Shown: piece by piece, positions 26,081 through 47,128 of the stretch
How positions within the stretch are numbered: position 1 is the first letter of the stretch
Layout: each line of letters begins with the position of its first letter
DNA from: Macrostomum lignano
Taxonomy: Eukaryota
Assembly (NCBI GenBank): GCA_002269645.1
Contig: NIVC01000763.1
Coordinates: 310,001-374,000, forward strand
Direction: 5' to 3'
Length of the DNA stretch: 64,000 bases
Translations under genes and position numbers: made by a program
Notes under the pieces: generated by a model
The model's input: the letters and a program-made list of their open reading frames with translations, nothing else
Databases searched by the model: none
What the model was told of the DNA's origin: nothing

Positions 26081-26639
26081 CTTCTGAGCTGTCAACGATG
26101 AATCTTTGATAGATTATTGTTTATGAGCATAGATGTTAGTTCATGGCACAACCCTCTTGCAGTGCCATCTTTGATTTAGACATGAAACCATAACTTCCCA
26201 ACTGTCGATAGCTGCTGCTAAGTTAGCAGGGCTTCATGAAATTGGTGCCTGGTTGGCTAGTTCTCCAGCAGCATTCTCCATTGGAAGCTCTCCAGCATTT
26301 CCTGTGGTACACGGAAGGTCATCAGCCCGTTCATCTCGACTGCTTGGATCCTGATGAGTTTCGAGCCTCGGCGACTGGCCTGGATCGATCCTTTTTTCTG
26401 GCCTCATTCGGATTTCTGCCCCTGGGATAAAACCCGAGTGACCATGTGACCTATCAGAGCTGAGCTCAAAACCACTGTGTTTTGTCCTGTGGGTATATAG
26501 TGCGAATTCCTCTCCAGTCTTCATTTAACTGACCGTGTATATACCTGGTCTTCTCCAGTCCAGATGTCAATTGTCATTCCTTGAACGGCTCAGCGGAACG
26601 CGGATTGGTCTACCGATTAGCCTCTCGAATGATGTCTCA

Positions 26640-27330
26640 CTATGTTTACCGTGTGCGCACAAATCTCTCCACCAATCCATTGCTTCGTGGGTGCAGGAGG
26701 GTATTGACACATGCTGCCAATGCCTTTTAAACTATACATGTAGCTCGTGGTTTCTGCTGATCGCTGCTGAAAGCTTGGACCGTAGTCGGTTACCTCCAGA
26801 GCTCGAAGACCATTCTCAATTGTGAAAAGTCCGTCTGAGACGAGCAATTACCCCAATTATATGATGTAACCGCCCTTGTCGCCTGCCCGCTCCGTAGAGA
26901 GACGAACGCATGACTAGAGGGGGCAATGACCGTAGGCTGCCTATGACCGGGCAACGACCTGACGGACCTCCAGCACCAGACTGTCCCGCCCACATGATTA
27001 GTAGCTTTTGGTAGCGCTTCGTGACCAGAGGGCCAAGGACCCACATGGACCCCACCTGTAGCCAAGGTGCAATAGTTGGTCACTCGGTCATGGTATGACC
27101 GAGTGGCTGCCACCACTCTATGTGACCTGGCGCACCTGGATCTTTCTACCAGACCTCTCGAGGCTAGAGCCCCGCCTGGATTGGCTACCAGGGGATTTAG
27201 GCTAACAGGGGAGACGCATGCAGCCGAGTACAGGGACTCTGCTTGGGGCATGATCGGGAACTCTGGGCTCAATCCTGGAGGATTTCTCAGCAGGGGATCC
27301 TTTGTGGCTGTGAGCGAGGCTGACTTGCGA
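26640..27330 (-). mobile_element. Decayed Gypsy integrase relic
   Basis: Frameshifted core motifs NGLRALEVTDYGPSF and HPRSNGLVERFVRT, with upstream ARSH and VHV remnants. Confidence 0.7.
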
Positions 27331-28128
27331 CTTTGATTACTAAGAGTAGTATGAGGCGAACATGTACTGTCTACAGTTTAGATTGCTCAGGGCGAAGGGA
27401 CGCGTCAGCATGGGGTTGCAACCTTCCTACTGCCATACTGTGCCAAGACTCGCTAATCCCTCTACTGCACGCACACGCGGCCCCGCAGCACGCACTCACA
27501 GGCGGGCTTTGCACGGGGAGAGGCCATTAGCTTACCCAAACTTCCTTATGCTTTGCCACCCCGGGAGAAAGGCTTAGCAAGCCATGAGTGAAATGATGGT
27601 GAAAGATTGAATAATGATGAAGTTAGTTAATAGTTAATAATTAGGCCCTTAGGCGAATAATCAGGCAATTAGGCGGCTTCACTATTGAGTAAAATACAGC
27701 AAAAGATACGGTATCACATTTGGCTCAGCTCTCTAATCAGACAATGGAAATAGGCAAACCCCGGATAAGCAAAGGCAATTAGAGCACAAATTAGTAACAG
27801 GAACTTACCGGCAGCTGCACAGAGAGAGAGAGAGGCGGAGTGACCGAGGGCGGCTGTAGGCTGCAGCCAGGCAGACAGTGAAGCGGCGATGCGCTGGAGC
27901 GACGAGGCGCTGATGTAGATCAGGCGATGCTGATGATGCTGGGCGGTATCAGACCGCTGGCCGATAGGCGAGCTCACTTGGGGAGCTAAGGATAACTTGG
28001 CGGTAACAGACCGCGGACCGGCAGGGATTCGTCTTATAGACGAATGGGTCAGAACTCAATCTGACTGCAAGTCCAAAGAAGGACGAGGAGAAGAAAAAAG
28101 GTTGAGCATTCTCATGCCGAAATCGCTT

Positions 28129-28680
28129 CCTTTTATAGACCTCACAGCCGCCTCCTCAAGGTCGTTACCATGGCTCCCTCTCTCTGATTGGCTGCCGGCA
28201 GAATGACGTCAGAATGAGTCATGATGAGAAGCATGAGACCGGCATAGCAACATGAGAAATAGGGAAATTGCGCAATCCGGAGGTGGGGTGGGGGGATAAT
28301 TGGCGCAGCGGGTGGTCGCGAAAGTGTTGCGCAAGCAAACATTGAGAACAATAGGGCTGGGGTCGAGAACAAAGGAATTGGAAATCGGGGATAATTGGGG
28401 AAAACTGAGAACAATGGAAAAGTAAACATTGGAGAAAAGGTGATAATTAGGTGCGAAAACGAGAACAAAAGAAAGAGAAAATCGGAGAAAATGTGATAAT
28501 TGGTGGGGGTCGAGAGAACAAAAGAAGCAAAAACGAGAACAATAGAAGCGGAGGTGGGGTGGGTGTCGCATGAGAAATTTGGGGAGGAGAACAATGGCGT
28601 GAGAAAAGGTTGCGCAAGAGAGGGGATGAGTCATCGATGAGTCATCGGGGGGAAGAAGGGGTCACACGACTTGCGTCACC
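28129..28680 (-). promoter_or_regulatory. Minus-strand Pol II promoter / probable LTR U3: TATA, CCAAT and a bZIP site cluster
   Basis: TATAAAA at 28137-28131, CCAAT at 28191-28187, eight bZIP-type sites at 28204-28678, and a GTAAGT donor about 320 nt downstream of the TATA box (near 27815). Confidence 0.55.
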
Positions 28681-29520
28681 GTTTGGGAGTTTGGGAGGGG
28701 ATGGGGAGACGGTGAGCACACAAAATACTGTAAGTAGACACAGAGAAGGAGGGGGCAGCGCAGGAAAAGAGTGCAGAGGGAGACAAAAAAGAGAGGAGAT
28801 AGAGAAAGTACAGGAAGAATAGGGCGGAAACAGAAGAGCTAGGGTAGAGGGGGAGGTACAGAAAGGGGTAGGGGGCTCCGGAAAGGCAGGTGTGGCGGCA
28901 GGAGAGACGGGACCAAGGCAGCAGGAGGGGTGCAGCAGAGCGGGAGTCTCCAGGCCCGGTCGGAGACCTGGCCGAGTCTCGACAGCTCTGTGCAGGGGGT
29001 GCACGGGATAGGAGGCACTTTCGAAAAAGTTCCCATGCCCTATCCCGCGACCAGAGCGTGGTTACATCATATAGTCGAATTCATATCGCTGGTAATGTGT
29101 AACTTCCTGGTAAGTAAGTATTTCACTGCCCGCAGTGGTTTAAGGAATTTAAGCATCAACACCTGCGAGTTGTATAGCTACGGGACTTTCAAACAATAAC
29201 AAAAAGAAACGATCTTTTATATGTAATTTACTCGGCAGTTATGTACTACTGATACAATAGCTCATTAACACTTTTATTTAGTATTCGCATGGAATCAGAC
29301 TACAATAAATTATAATATTCGTATAATTTTAATATTTATTGATACATTCAAACAAAATACAAAAATAAATAAACAGAAGGGTTATTGATTCCTACTCTAT
29401 CGCAAGTTAATTGTAAAAAAGAGATAGAATTAAATTATCTCCTCGATATAATGTCATCGAATACGTGTTGACTACGAGGTACATGTATGTATTTTACAGT
29501 ATGCATGTTGCACAAATATT

Positions 29521-36692
<7,172 letters not shown>

Positions 36693-37604
36693 TGTTACAA
36701 TGCTGTCAGACCGAACAGGTGTCAACGGAAAAAAGAAACGCAGACTCAAGCAGACTTAATCAAAACAGATTTCTTAGTTTAAAAAAATATTTTAAGTGTC
36801 CCAGACTTTTGACAGACAAGCTTTTATAGCCAAGTTTAAAACCCGATAAGCGGGCAGAGTAGTGAAAATGAAGGCTGGAGTCGACTAGCAGACATGCAGA
36901 GAGGTGAAGTTGCAGAGAAAGTCAGAGTTTGTCTTTTTTCTAAAAGAGAATAGCAGTACCTAATTTTTTTCAAGTGAGGGCTGCCATGAGTCAACGTGAA
37001 CTCTCAATAATTAACAGAAGAGAATGTGACCTGAAATATGGCAGGCTGTATAAATTTAGACTCGGTTCAACATTCCCGAATAACTTTCCACCAACAAATG
37101 CTTTTCCTATCTGGAAGGGCGTTTCAAGTTGCCCCGGTGAATAATAAAAATGCTTAACTGGTTATTCATTAAAAACAAATAACTGTTTTTTAGGAAAATT
37201 ATGTAAGTTTGACTGAAGATTCAATCTTCAGCTATAACTAACACTTCGGGTCACGTCGGGAACGATATGACTAACACTGGCACTAACTGCTTTCACAGTC
37301 AAATCATTCAGTTGCGCTTAGCTTTTTAATTCTTCTGTTCAACCCCCCTTGGAGCCACAATGAGTAGGAGTAAAATATACATGCAGAATGCAAATATGCC
37401 AATTTTTAAGAAGGCGTTGCTGAGATGCCATCAACATATGACCGTTTCAGTTCAATGAAGAATTTCTCAGGATTTTATAGGGATTTATTATTTAATGAGC
37501 CGCACACTCCTATGCAGTGATGAATGCGGAAAACAATTTATTCATTATTCTATTTACTTCAGGCCCCTAACGAGGGCACAGTGAGCTAGTCTACATGTAC
37601 TAAC

Positions 37605-37749
37605 ACCCATATTTTACAGCTGCGTGAACTGAAGCAATGCAGAGTTAAATGCCTTGCTCAAGAACACAAATTGTTCCAGTGGTATCGGGAATCGAATTCC
37701 CGACCTTCAAGTCGTGAGTCTGACGCTCCAACCACTAGACTAGAGCCCC
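37605..37749 (-). mobile_element. tRNA-derived CORE-type SINE, copy 2
   Basis: The reverse complement matches copy 1 (GCGTCAGACTCACGAC head, GGAACAATTTGTG, CTGCATTGCTTCAGTTCAC, GCTGTAAA). Confidence 0.8.
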
Positions 37750-39568
37750 ATACTAGTTCTACTAATGCTCACTGACATTCTGATCCTCTCAAATGAGGCA
37801 GATTTTTGTGCGTTCACACCGCTTGCTTGTAAACTTTTTGATGGTAGGGTGAACATGGGCATTGTCACCGGGGAGAAATGCCAATGCTTTGTCCTCTTCC
37901 TCCGTGTGAGCAGTCAATTTGAATTATTTTCAAAAGCTTAATGACGAAAAGGAAACTCCTTAACCTGCAAAGCTTAATAAAGATTCTCAAATCCTTGTTG
38001 CACACAAAAATTATGCGAAAAACGCCAGACAGACGCTTAAATAAAAGCAGTAGTGTGGGGAGGATCGCAGTCGTCTGGCGCGGCGCTCTGATGTGCCAGC
38101 GGTCCAGGCTTTATTCCAAGTGCAGTCACATTAATTTTGAGGCTAAATTGGAATCTCAGCTTGGCTCTGCTCGTGCAATTAACGCCCTTGAAGGCCAACT
38201 CACAAGGCGCAGTGAAGTGTACATGCCTAACGATAATATAAAGTTAGGGCCGCTGTACACTACTGTGTGAGTGTGTGCCTGCGTACGTATCCGCGTGCTT
38301 GTGTGCCTGCTCAGTGGAGTCGGCGGAATGGGCAGTAATGCCTCTCGACGGTTGTGAAAATGTCGCCTAAAGTGCCCTACCTCTAATAAAAAAGTATTTT
38401 AGTACTTGATTGACAGGCACTAAACTAACTCTTAGCTATTAAGAAAACTAACAATGTGATTAATTACAAAATAAATGCAAAAAAGATAAAATCGCAGAAA
38501 TATTTGTTTCTATTCAACATCGATTAGTGGACAAAGCCTGGCAGACAAAGAAAATGTAGATTTAGTCAGATAAAAAAAACATTTTTATAGACGGCAGGCC
38601 TCTCACTGGATATTTTTATTTTGCATCAACATTCTCAACTTTGGGGTCCAGCGGTTGAAGCAGTGGAAAATATTCAATTGAATAGATTTTTTTGCTAATA
38701 AGACGAAGATCATAATGAAGTTTTTTCTATCATCAAGAAAAACTGTACGATCAACGATTTTATTTTCCATTCATATTCGAACTATACTACTGCAAAATGT
38801 TTTTATTAAAGAGTAGTAAAAATAGTGCTTGTTATTTTGTGTTTTAATGCGAAAACAACTTAAGAAAAAAGGTGGTGACGTGGTTATTCAGAGCCAAGAG
38901 AACAGTTGAAGAGTAAACAACAGGTGAGCATGTAATTTTCACCGCGAGCTGTTATCTACAAGCTTAAATGATTACTGAGTTACACAGAAAATGACCCTTC
39001 CGCCGCAGATGAATGAAATGACAAAGAAACAAAAGTTGGGTGCAGAAGCACAATGAAAAGAAAATAATAAGACATGAAAAATAGCTCATAAAGATTTACA
39101 TCAGACCGATTTTCTCGATCACTTGCAAAACCTTATTAGCAGCCTAAATTACTTTCATTTAAAAATAATTGGATAGCCCACCGACATGTATCGAAAATAC
39201 CTTTGATAAGGTAAGTTTTTTAAAACAACTACAGATCATAAATTCCAGGGAACTTCTCCAGATTCCTATCGCTTTACCCACCGACAAAAATATTTTTTAA
39301 TTTGTTACTAAAGTTTACCTATCATCGAAGCATCCTTTTATTAGTACTAATAAACACTGCCGATATGTATCGAAAATTACTTCGTGATACGGTATATTAT
39401 TTCGAATCTATGCTGCTAGATGCGCGAATTTCACACGTGCCTACTAAACAAAACTATCCAAGTAGGATGCAATTTTTCAAACCTACCGATATGTATCGAA
39501 AATAAATTCAAACTCACATCATAAGATTCAATTTCAAAGACGAAATAATGTTTTCCCCCCAAAAATAA

Positions 39569-41723
39569 TCATTCCTGTCTCCCAACAGGTCCGCTGGGCT
39601 TCTGCGACAAGCTGAACACGGGGATCTTCACTTCGAACAGCATTTGGTCTGGCGGCAGCGGCACCGCGCCTTCAATAGGCGGCTGCGGCAGCATCCGCTC
39701 CATGCTGTAACAGCCCCACATGTAGCCCCAGGGTGCCCGCAGCTGAACATGCGAGTGATACTGGAACGCCGGGAAACTCGCACCCAGCTCCGGTTCTGCG
39801 CCAACAACGCCTCGGCCTTTCAAAGTTTCAATTGTGCCGCCGGCACTGAAGATTTTCCAATAGCGTTCCCGCAGCACCACGGGCCGCCCGGCAGGGTCCA
39901 GGTTTTCCAGCCGGATCGTGTAGCGCCAGTGGTGCATCGCCGAGAGGTCGCCGCCGCCGCCGCCGCGAGAGCCCATGTAGAAGGGCAGGACGGTGACCCG
40001 GATGTGGTCGGTGGTCTCCCGGTAGACGCAGTCCACTTGAAGCAGACGGCGCATCTTGTGCAGCCAGCCTTGCAGTGCGGCTGAAGTCAGTCGATGGAAT
40101 TCCAAGCGTTAGCGGGATGGTTTATGAGGCAAGGAAGGGGTCCCAGACCTGAAAATTGGGGAGGAAAGGGATCCGCCCTGAAGAACGGAGGAGGGGAATG
40201 GGTCTGCCCTGTAGGATGGACGAGGGGAATGGGTCTGCGCTGAAGGATGGTGAGGAGGGGAATGGGTCTGCGCTGAAGGATGGTGAGGAGGGGAATGGGT
40301 CTGCGCTGGAGGATGGGGAGGAGGGGAATGGGTCTGCGCTGAAGGATGGGGAGGAGGGGAATGGGTCTGCGCTGGAGGATGGGGAGGAGGGGAATGGGTC
40401 TGCGCTGGAGGATGGGGAGGAGGGGAATGGGTCTGCGCTGAAGGATGGGGAGGAGGGGAGGATGGGGACACCATGACAACCGCAAGCAAAATGCATACCC
40501 GTAGGCCCGAAAGCCTGGCCGTTGATGAAGAAGTCGGCAAACCAGGGATTGTCCATAGACAGCGGTCGAGAGCGCGGCTCGTAGGGCAGCAGATCGCTGT
40601 GAGAACAATAATCCACTGCCGACATCAGAGTCACGGTGGGGTTGGGCCGGACTGGCAGGAAGGTGAAGCCCTCTCTCAAGCTGGGGTTAGGATCCCGCTG
40701 GTCAACTAGCACCAAGTACCAGACACAGGGTGTCGAATCTCTGCCATCCTTCTCCTTCTGTTGCTGCTGCTGCTGTTGTTGCTGTTGCTGGTCAGCTTGC
40801 TGCTCCTGGGGCTCCTCAGCAGCAACTGAGTCGGCAGAGCCAGCTGTTGTTGGGGACGACGCTGATGATGCGGTGGCAGCTGCCGAAGTCGCTTCGGAGG
40901 ATTTGTCAAAAAGTCGGGCCTGTGTTAAAGGGTCAAGGCGATTCTCTGTGTAATTTAGGGGGTCAAGGCGATTCTCTGTGTAATTTAGGGGGTCAGGGGC
41001 GATTCTCTGTGTAATTTAGGGGGTCAGGGGCGATTCTCTGTGTAATTTAGGGGGTCAGGGGCGATTCTCTGTGTAATTTAGGGGGTCAGGGGCGATTCTC
41101 TGTGTAATTTAGGGGGTCAGAGACGATTCTCTGGGTAAATTACGGTAGGGGATCAGGGGCGATTCTCTGTAATGTATGGGTCTGGGCGATTCTCTGTGTA
41201 ATTTAGGGGGTCAGGGGCGATTCTGTGTAATTTAGGGGGTCAGAGACGATTCTCTGGGTAAATTAGTGGATCAGGGGCGATTCTCTGTAATGTATGGGTC
41301 TGGGCGATTATCTGTATTATGTATGTCTGGGCGATTCTGGGTAATTTAGGGGGTCAGGGATGTCACAATGCAAACCTGATAGCTAGCCAGCACAACGCCT
41401 CGATAGCCAAACACCCGGTGCACGAATGCTTGTCCAGGCGCGTAGCGCTCGGTCACTTTCACCGGACTCAAACAGCCAACGTGTTCGAGTTTGACGCGGG
41501 ATGATGGCACCGAGTAATAGCGCCGGTTAGGAACGGGTGAAGAGGCCACACCAGACAGAGTTGTTAATCTTCTACGCTGACAGTTGGACAGCTGAGTTGT
41601 CTGGGATGGAATCATCAGCATGAGCTGCTGCTGCTGCTGCTGCTGCTGGAGCACGGGGTGACTGAGCTGGCGCTGTGCCAGTACAGTGGCATAGCCCACA
41701 CGGCGACTGAGTGACAGGCGCAT
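39569..41723 (-). CDS. POLDIP2: Polymerase delta-interacting protein 2 (YccV-like plus ApaG domains), 426 aa; exons 41723-41376, 40919-40499, 40080-39569
   Basis: GQAFVHRVFGYRGVVL, VDYCSHSDLLPY, YRETTDHIRVTVLPFYMG, WRYTIRLENL, LRERYWKIFS, GRGVVG, FQYHSHVQL. GT-AG introns with phases 0 and 1; 1281 nt; Arg-rich mitochondrial-type N-terminus. Confidence 0.95.
40190..40465. repeat. 33-bp G-rich minisatellite in POLDIP2 intron 2
   Basis: GAGGGGAATGGGTCTGCGCTGAAGGATGGGGAG, period 33. Confidence 0.95.
40933..41360. repeat. 31-bp minisatellite in POLDIP2 intron 1
   Basis: GGCGATTCTCTGTGTAATTTAGGGGGTCAGG, period 31. Confidence 0.93.
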
Positions 41724-41784
41724 GAGAAGCTGGAATAATTCGAATAGAAACATGTTATAATTTATCGATGACTTACACTAATTC

Positions 41785-42825
41785 ATTCAATGAGCTGCTA
41801 CTGACATTCTTCAGTTATTTAATGAGCTGCTACTGACAATCTTCAGTCATTTAATTAGCTGCCACTGACATTCTTCAGTCATTTAATGAGCTGATACTGA
41901 CAATCTTCAGTCATTTAATGAGCTGATACTGACAATCTTCAGTCATTTAATTAGCTGCCACTGACATTCTTCAGTCATTTAATGAGCTGCCACTGACATT
42001 CTTCAGTCATTTAATGAGCTGCTACTGACAATCTTCAGTCATTTAATGAGCTGCCACTGACATTCTTCAGTCATTTAATGAGCTGCCACTGACATTCTTC
42101 AGTCATTTAATGAGCTGCCACTGACATTCTTCAGTCATTTAATGAGCTGCCACTGACATTCTTCAGTCATTTAATGAGCTGCCACTGACATTCTTCAGTC
42201 ATTTAATGAGCTGCTACTGACAATCTTCAGTCATTTAATGAGCTGCTACTGACAATCTTCAGTCATTTAATGAGCTGATACTGACAATCTTCAGTCATTT
42301 AATTAGCTGCCACTGACATTCTTCAGTCATTTAATGAGCTGCCACTGACATTCTTCAGTCATTTAATGAGCTGCTACTGTCATTCTTCAGTCATTTAATG
42401 AGCTGCTACTGTCATTCTTGAGTCATTTAATGAGCTGCTACTGACAATCTTCAGTCATTTAATGAGCTGATACTGACAATCTTCAGTCATTTAATGAGCT
42501 GCTACTGACAATCTTCAGTCATTTAATGAGCTGATACTGGCAATCTTCAGTCATTTAATGAGCTGCTACTGACAATCTTCAGTCATTTAATGAGCTGCTA
42601 CTGACAATCTTCAGTCATTTAATTAGCTGCCACTGACATTCTTCAGTCATTTAATGAGCTGCCACTGACATTCTTCAGTCATTTAATGAGCTGCTACTGT
42701 CATTCTTCAGTCATTTAATGAGCTGCTACTGACAATCTTCAGTCATTTAATGAGCTGCTACTGACGTTCTTCAGTCATTTAATGAGCTGCTACTGACAAT
42801 CTTCAGTCATTTAATGAGCTGCTTC
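41785..42825. repeat. 32-bp minisatellite immediately upstream of the POLDIP2 ATG
   Basis: CTGACATTCTTCAGTCATTTAATGAGCTGCCA, period 32. Confidence 0.97.
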
Positions 42826-43290
42826 TTCAGCCATCCAGTTAGCTAGTCCTATTTATGGCCATCAATAAAATTTAATATAAAGTAAGAAACACATTTTAAA
42901 CCTCAGTAAAACTTTAAAAAAACGCCTAAATGTTGAATCGCAGTGTCTGCAATTGACAGATTAAACTCCAAACAAAAATGCTAGTCTATAAGAGTCACAA
43001 CAGCTTAAATCAAAGCCTAAGAGGGGCATCACTGTTTGCCGTCTTTGTCTAAGGTATCTTTGGATTCTGAACTTTTAACATACAGATAATACTGTGCATT
43101 TTTCAAATCAATATTTCTTGCATACAAGTGTGCAGATATATATTCAGTCAAATGTGAAGGAGGGTTCTAAAATATTTGTCATTAGTCATTTTAAAAGATT
43201 TTTTGTGATTTTTTTGGCATTGCAAAGCAAGTCATTTTAACTGTATATTTTCTACAAAAATTTTTAAGAAACCCCTAGATTTTAAGCAAA

Positions 43291-44104
43291 ATGGATTGAC
43301 AAACAGGAATACCAAGCTGTCATTAAACTTTTTACCTTGAAAGGGCTAAAGCTGACAAAAATTGACGAGATAGATAGAATCTGTGTATCCCAGAACTTGT
43401 CCCTCTCTGCACACCATTGAGTGACATTACAAAAAAGTCAAGTGTGACAGGATGATCCTTGAAGATAACCGTTTAAGGCCTTGAAGTGGAGAACTAGGAG
43501 AAAGTTGAGGCAGTTACCAAGCTACTTAATGAGGACCTTGCCTCATGCTTGACCTTTACAATGAGAACCTAGATAGATTTGAACAATGAATCATAACTGG
43601 GGGCAAATGCTAGATCTACCATAATTATACTCCCTGAGTCCATGGAATGGCGGCACCCTGGGGAAGGCCTTCCACCACAAGTTCAGGAAAGCAAAGTCAA
43701 CTGGCAAGATCTTGGGCTGTTTTTTTTCTGAGACTGTCAAGGGATCCTGCTTGCCAAGTAAGCCCACTTGCCTGTGGGGCACATTGTCACAGGTGTCTAG
43801 CATGCTGAATAGCTGGGCCAGCTTATATCACCTAAGTTGCGGTAAATACTTCTACCACTGCAGGGTTTAAAATCCTTTCCTATTTAGCCTATTTCTTGGA
43901 CCTGGCCTCTTCCAATTTTTCTATCTATTCTGTCAGCTCAAGCAGCCACTCTGTGGGCACCATTTTGAGTCTAACAAAGAAGTCATCACATTTTCCAATA
44001 GTAGCTAAAGGACTAACTGACCAAGTTATATATTAGCAGCACCTGGGCCCTGAGCAACTAATGGTAAAAGTGCATTGATTGCCAAGGTAACTGTTTAAAA
44101 ATAA
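43291..44104 (+). mobile_element. Decayed mariner transposase pseudogene
   Basis: KQEYQAVIKLFTLKGL, F*DCQGILL, GFKILSYLAYFLDLASSNFFYLFCQLK (from YSPDLAPSD) and *W*KCIDCQGN; multiple stops and deletions. Confidence 0.85.
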
Positions 44105-44349
44105 TACAGTTATTACAAAAGTTCAGCTTTAACTATTTTAACAACAAAACTTTTATTATTGTTATCAAAGACATTTTATATATATACTAGAAATCATATA
44201 GAATACAAAATAAATTTCAAGCATAAATTTGGGTTGGCAATTAGAAGTTAGCATACTATCTTCTCCCATCTCTTATATATAAAGCTGAGTAGACCAGCCA
44301 GGTTTAATGCATATCTCTTCCTAGATGGCTGCCAATTAAAATGTGGGAG

Positions 44350-44675
44350 TTATACATATCAATGCAAAAAAATGGGAATGAAAAGAAGATGGGAATGAAA
44401 AGTGCAAAGAGATACAAATGGAGATGAAGGAAGAAAGAGGAAAGAGGAGAGAAGAGGGGAAAAAAGAGAAAAATAGAAAGCAAAATAAAAGAGGGGGATA
44501 AGAAAGGAAAGTAGAGAAGAGCAGAGTAAAGAGGAGAGGGAAGAAAATAGAGAGTAGATATAAGAGTGCAGAGAGGAGAAATAAGAAATAAAAGAGTAAG
44601 AGATAAGAGATAAAAGATAATAACAAAAAGGAGAGGTAAGATTAGAGATAAAAAAACAAAGATAAGACTAAGAAA
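44350..44675. repeat. A/G-rich low-complexity tract
   Basis: Degenerate AAGAG-type sequence. Confidence 0.85.
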
Positions 44676-47128
44676 CAGGAGTCTCAGTTTGCAGGGGTAT
44701 ATCCAAGGAGGATACTAGGGACATGTGTCAGTGTCACATGTCCCCCCTGGAGAGGGGTTGCCTTTCTATTTTGCTTCATCACTAACATCAAAGATAGATT
44801 TATGTATCTGCCCTTCTTGATGTGAATCCTGGTTATATGCCTATTAGTCTAGATGATAATCAGTCAATTTTTGCAAACAGGGAAAAAAAGATATAGTAAG
44901 CCCTTATTAATGTTTTAAAGAAGACTTGGAAAACATTTAGAGGATAGGATTCAGCTAATAGACTTTACAAAATAAAATTCTAGCAATGGTAGTTCCATCT
45001 TTTTATTCTATTAATAAAGGAGTTGACCTCATTAAATCTAATGTTTAAGGATCTGAATGACTATGCAAATGATTACTTGACTATGACATTAATTATCTTC
45101 TCCTTGGAACTAAGGACCCTAGCAAACAGAATAACCTAGCAGATTCAACGAGTTCTACTGTGCAAGATTTTCTAGCTTAAAATATATAAATTCAAATGCA
45201 AATGGAAGTTCAAATTGAGAAACTGCTCCATTTCATTGGAGTTATGCCTAGCATTTGAGAAAAAACCAACTTTTTTAATTTCAAAAAACTTCCCCTATCT
45301 CAAACTACATATCTAATAAAAAAGAAATTTTAGATTAGTTAATTTTAACAAGGGGCCTATCTTTTAATCCAAGTAGGCCTAAGCAATAGGCCTAGTAGCA
45401 TAATTTATTGGATGATTAAGATTAGACATGCATTGTTAAATTGGATAATCTATTATTTTTTGATTTACTAAGGAACATACATGCACAACCTTGGGAATCA
45501 CCTGGCCATTTCTATTGGCAACACACACATGTAAGTCGCTATTGGCTGAGAGCAGTCACATGACTACTATTCTGTCCAATAGCAACATATATGTATGTGT
45601 TGCCAATAGAAATGGCCAAGTGAATCCCAAGGTTGCACCCAAGCATGCTAAGGAACCCAGTCATTTGATGATAAGGGTGATTTGTCATTTGTCATCCATT
45701 GCGTTGAATTCACATGTTTACTCAGATTTCAAAATAAGCCAAAGTGGTAGCCCCACTACCATATGTACATATGCTTTTCTTAGTATAAGTCACACCTACT
45801 TCGAGTAAAACATGTTAAGATACTAAAAACAATTTTTGAACAAACAAAACAACAAAAATCCTAGTTGAATTGTATTTTATACGGAGTCTTTTACACTTTG
45901 CATTTTTTGCTACAAAAAGTGTAGGATATGCTATATGCATTGTATATTGTATTGTAGATAAATGTATAGGCCCTATGTATGCACAATGAACTACATTCCA
46001 CTCAAAAGCTGATTCATAACTACTATCAAATAAAGCAACCAATTCAAACAATAGTTGTATAAAGTATAATGAATAATTAAGGGAACACAAAGTTAGGTTA
46101 GCTTTATAAAATGTATAAAGCAAAAATCAAAATTAAAAATGAGCTATATATATTTTGAGTACAGTCTTGCCATCTAGCATATATATTATCATTTGGGTTT
46201 AATCAATTGAATTTTTTGTCTATTGTGTAGAGATACATATTAGGCCTAGCTAAATATGCAGCAGAATAATAGAATAGAAATTGAAGTTGCATGCATTCAA
46301 TTAATTTTCAATATTTTAATTGTGACAATAGACTACCACATTGTGTGTAAAAAATTTTTATCTATGATGCTACCACTATTGACTACAATATATGCCACAA
46401 GTGGCAACAAATAGAATGTAATTCCAGTAAGTATTTGTACATGCAATACTCAAATACCAAAGTTTGATACTTGTAGAATATATGATTGAAATATAATTAA
46501 CATATATATTTACATGTATGGTGGACATTAGTGGTATAAGTATGTCAATTCAATTCTATGTGTAGGTATCTTCAAAAGACTATATACTTATCTTAAGTCT
46601 AAATTGCTTTATTCAACTAAAATTGCAAGCAGTGCAATCAAATGTCAATGAATAAATACCTAGGCACTTTTATACTTGACTTGACTAACTTTTATACCTG
46701 CACAGTCCATTAATTGTTTAGGCCTAATTGTCAATTTTTTAAAATTATGAACTTATATATGGGTACCAGTCGTTTTAGTAACAAGACGTTTCGGTGACAG
46801 ACGTTTCAGTGACAAGTTGCAATTATGATAGACACACTTCATTTTGAATAAAAAATCAAAGATTTCATGAGTACTGTTGTTTTAGTGATAAGAGGCGTTT
46901 CATAATATTTGGTTGTAGTTATTTTGTTAAAATTTATGTTTTGTAATATATTTAAAAATTTTCGTGGAAAGAATATATTTAAAAAAGAAAGCAAACTAAT
47001 GTGGCAGGTGGCTGCCCCTGGTTTTAATAATGTTTATTTACTCATTCAATTTAATAGACATTTATTAACTTTCAAAATTTGGTGCTTTTCCTTTTTCGAT
47101 AAGTGCAAGCCGTATTTTTGTTTCCCCA

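Noticed and set aside
44336-44626. Hydrophobic Leu/Phe/Ser ORFs here and at 59616-60430
   Set aside because: Reverse complements of A/G-rich low-complexity tracts, not membrane proteins.
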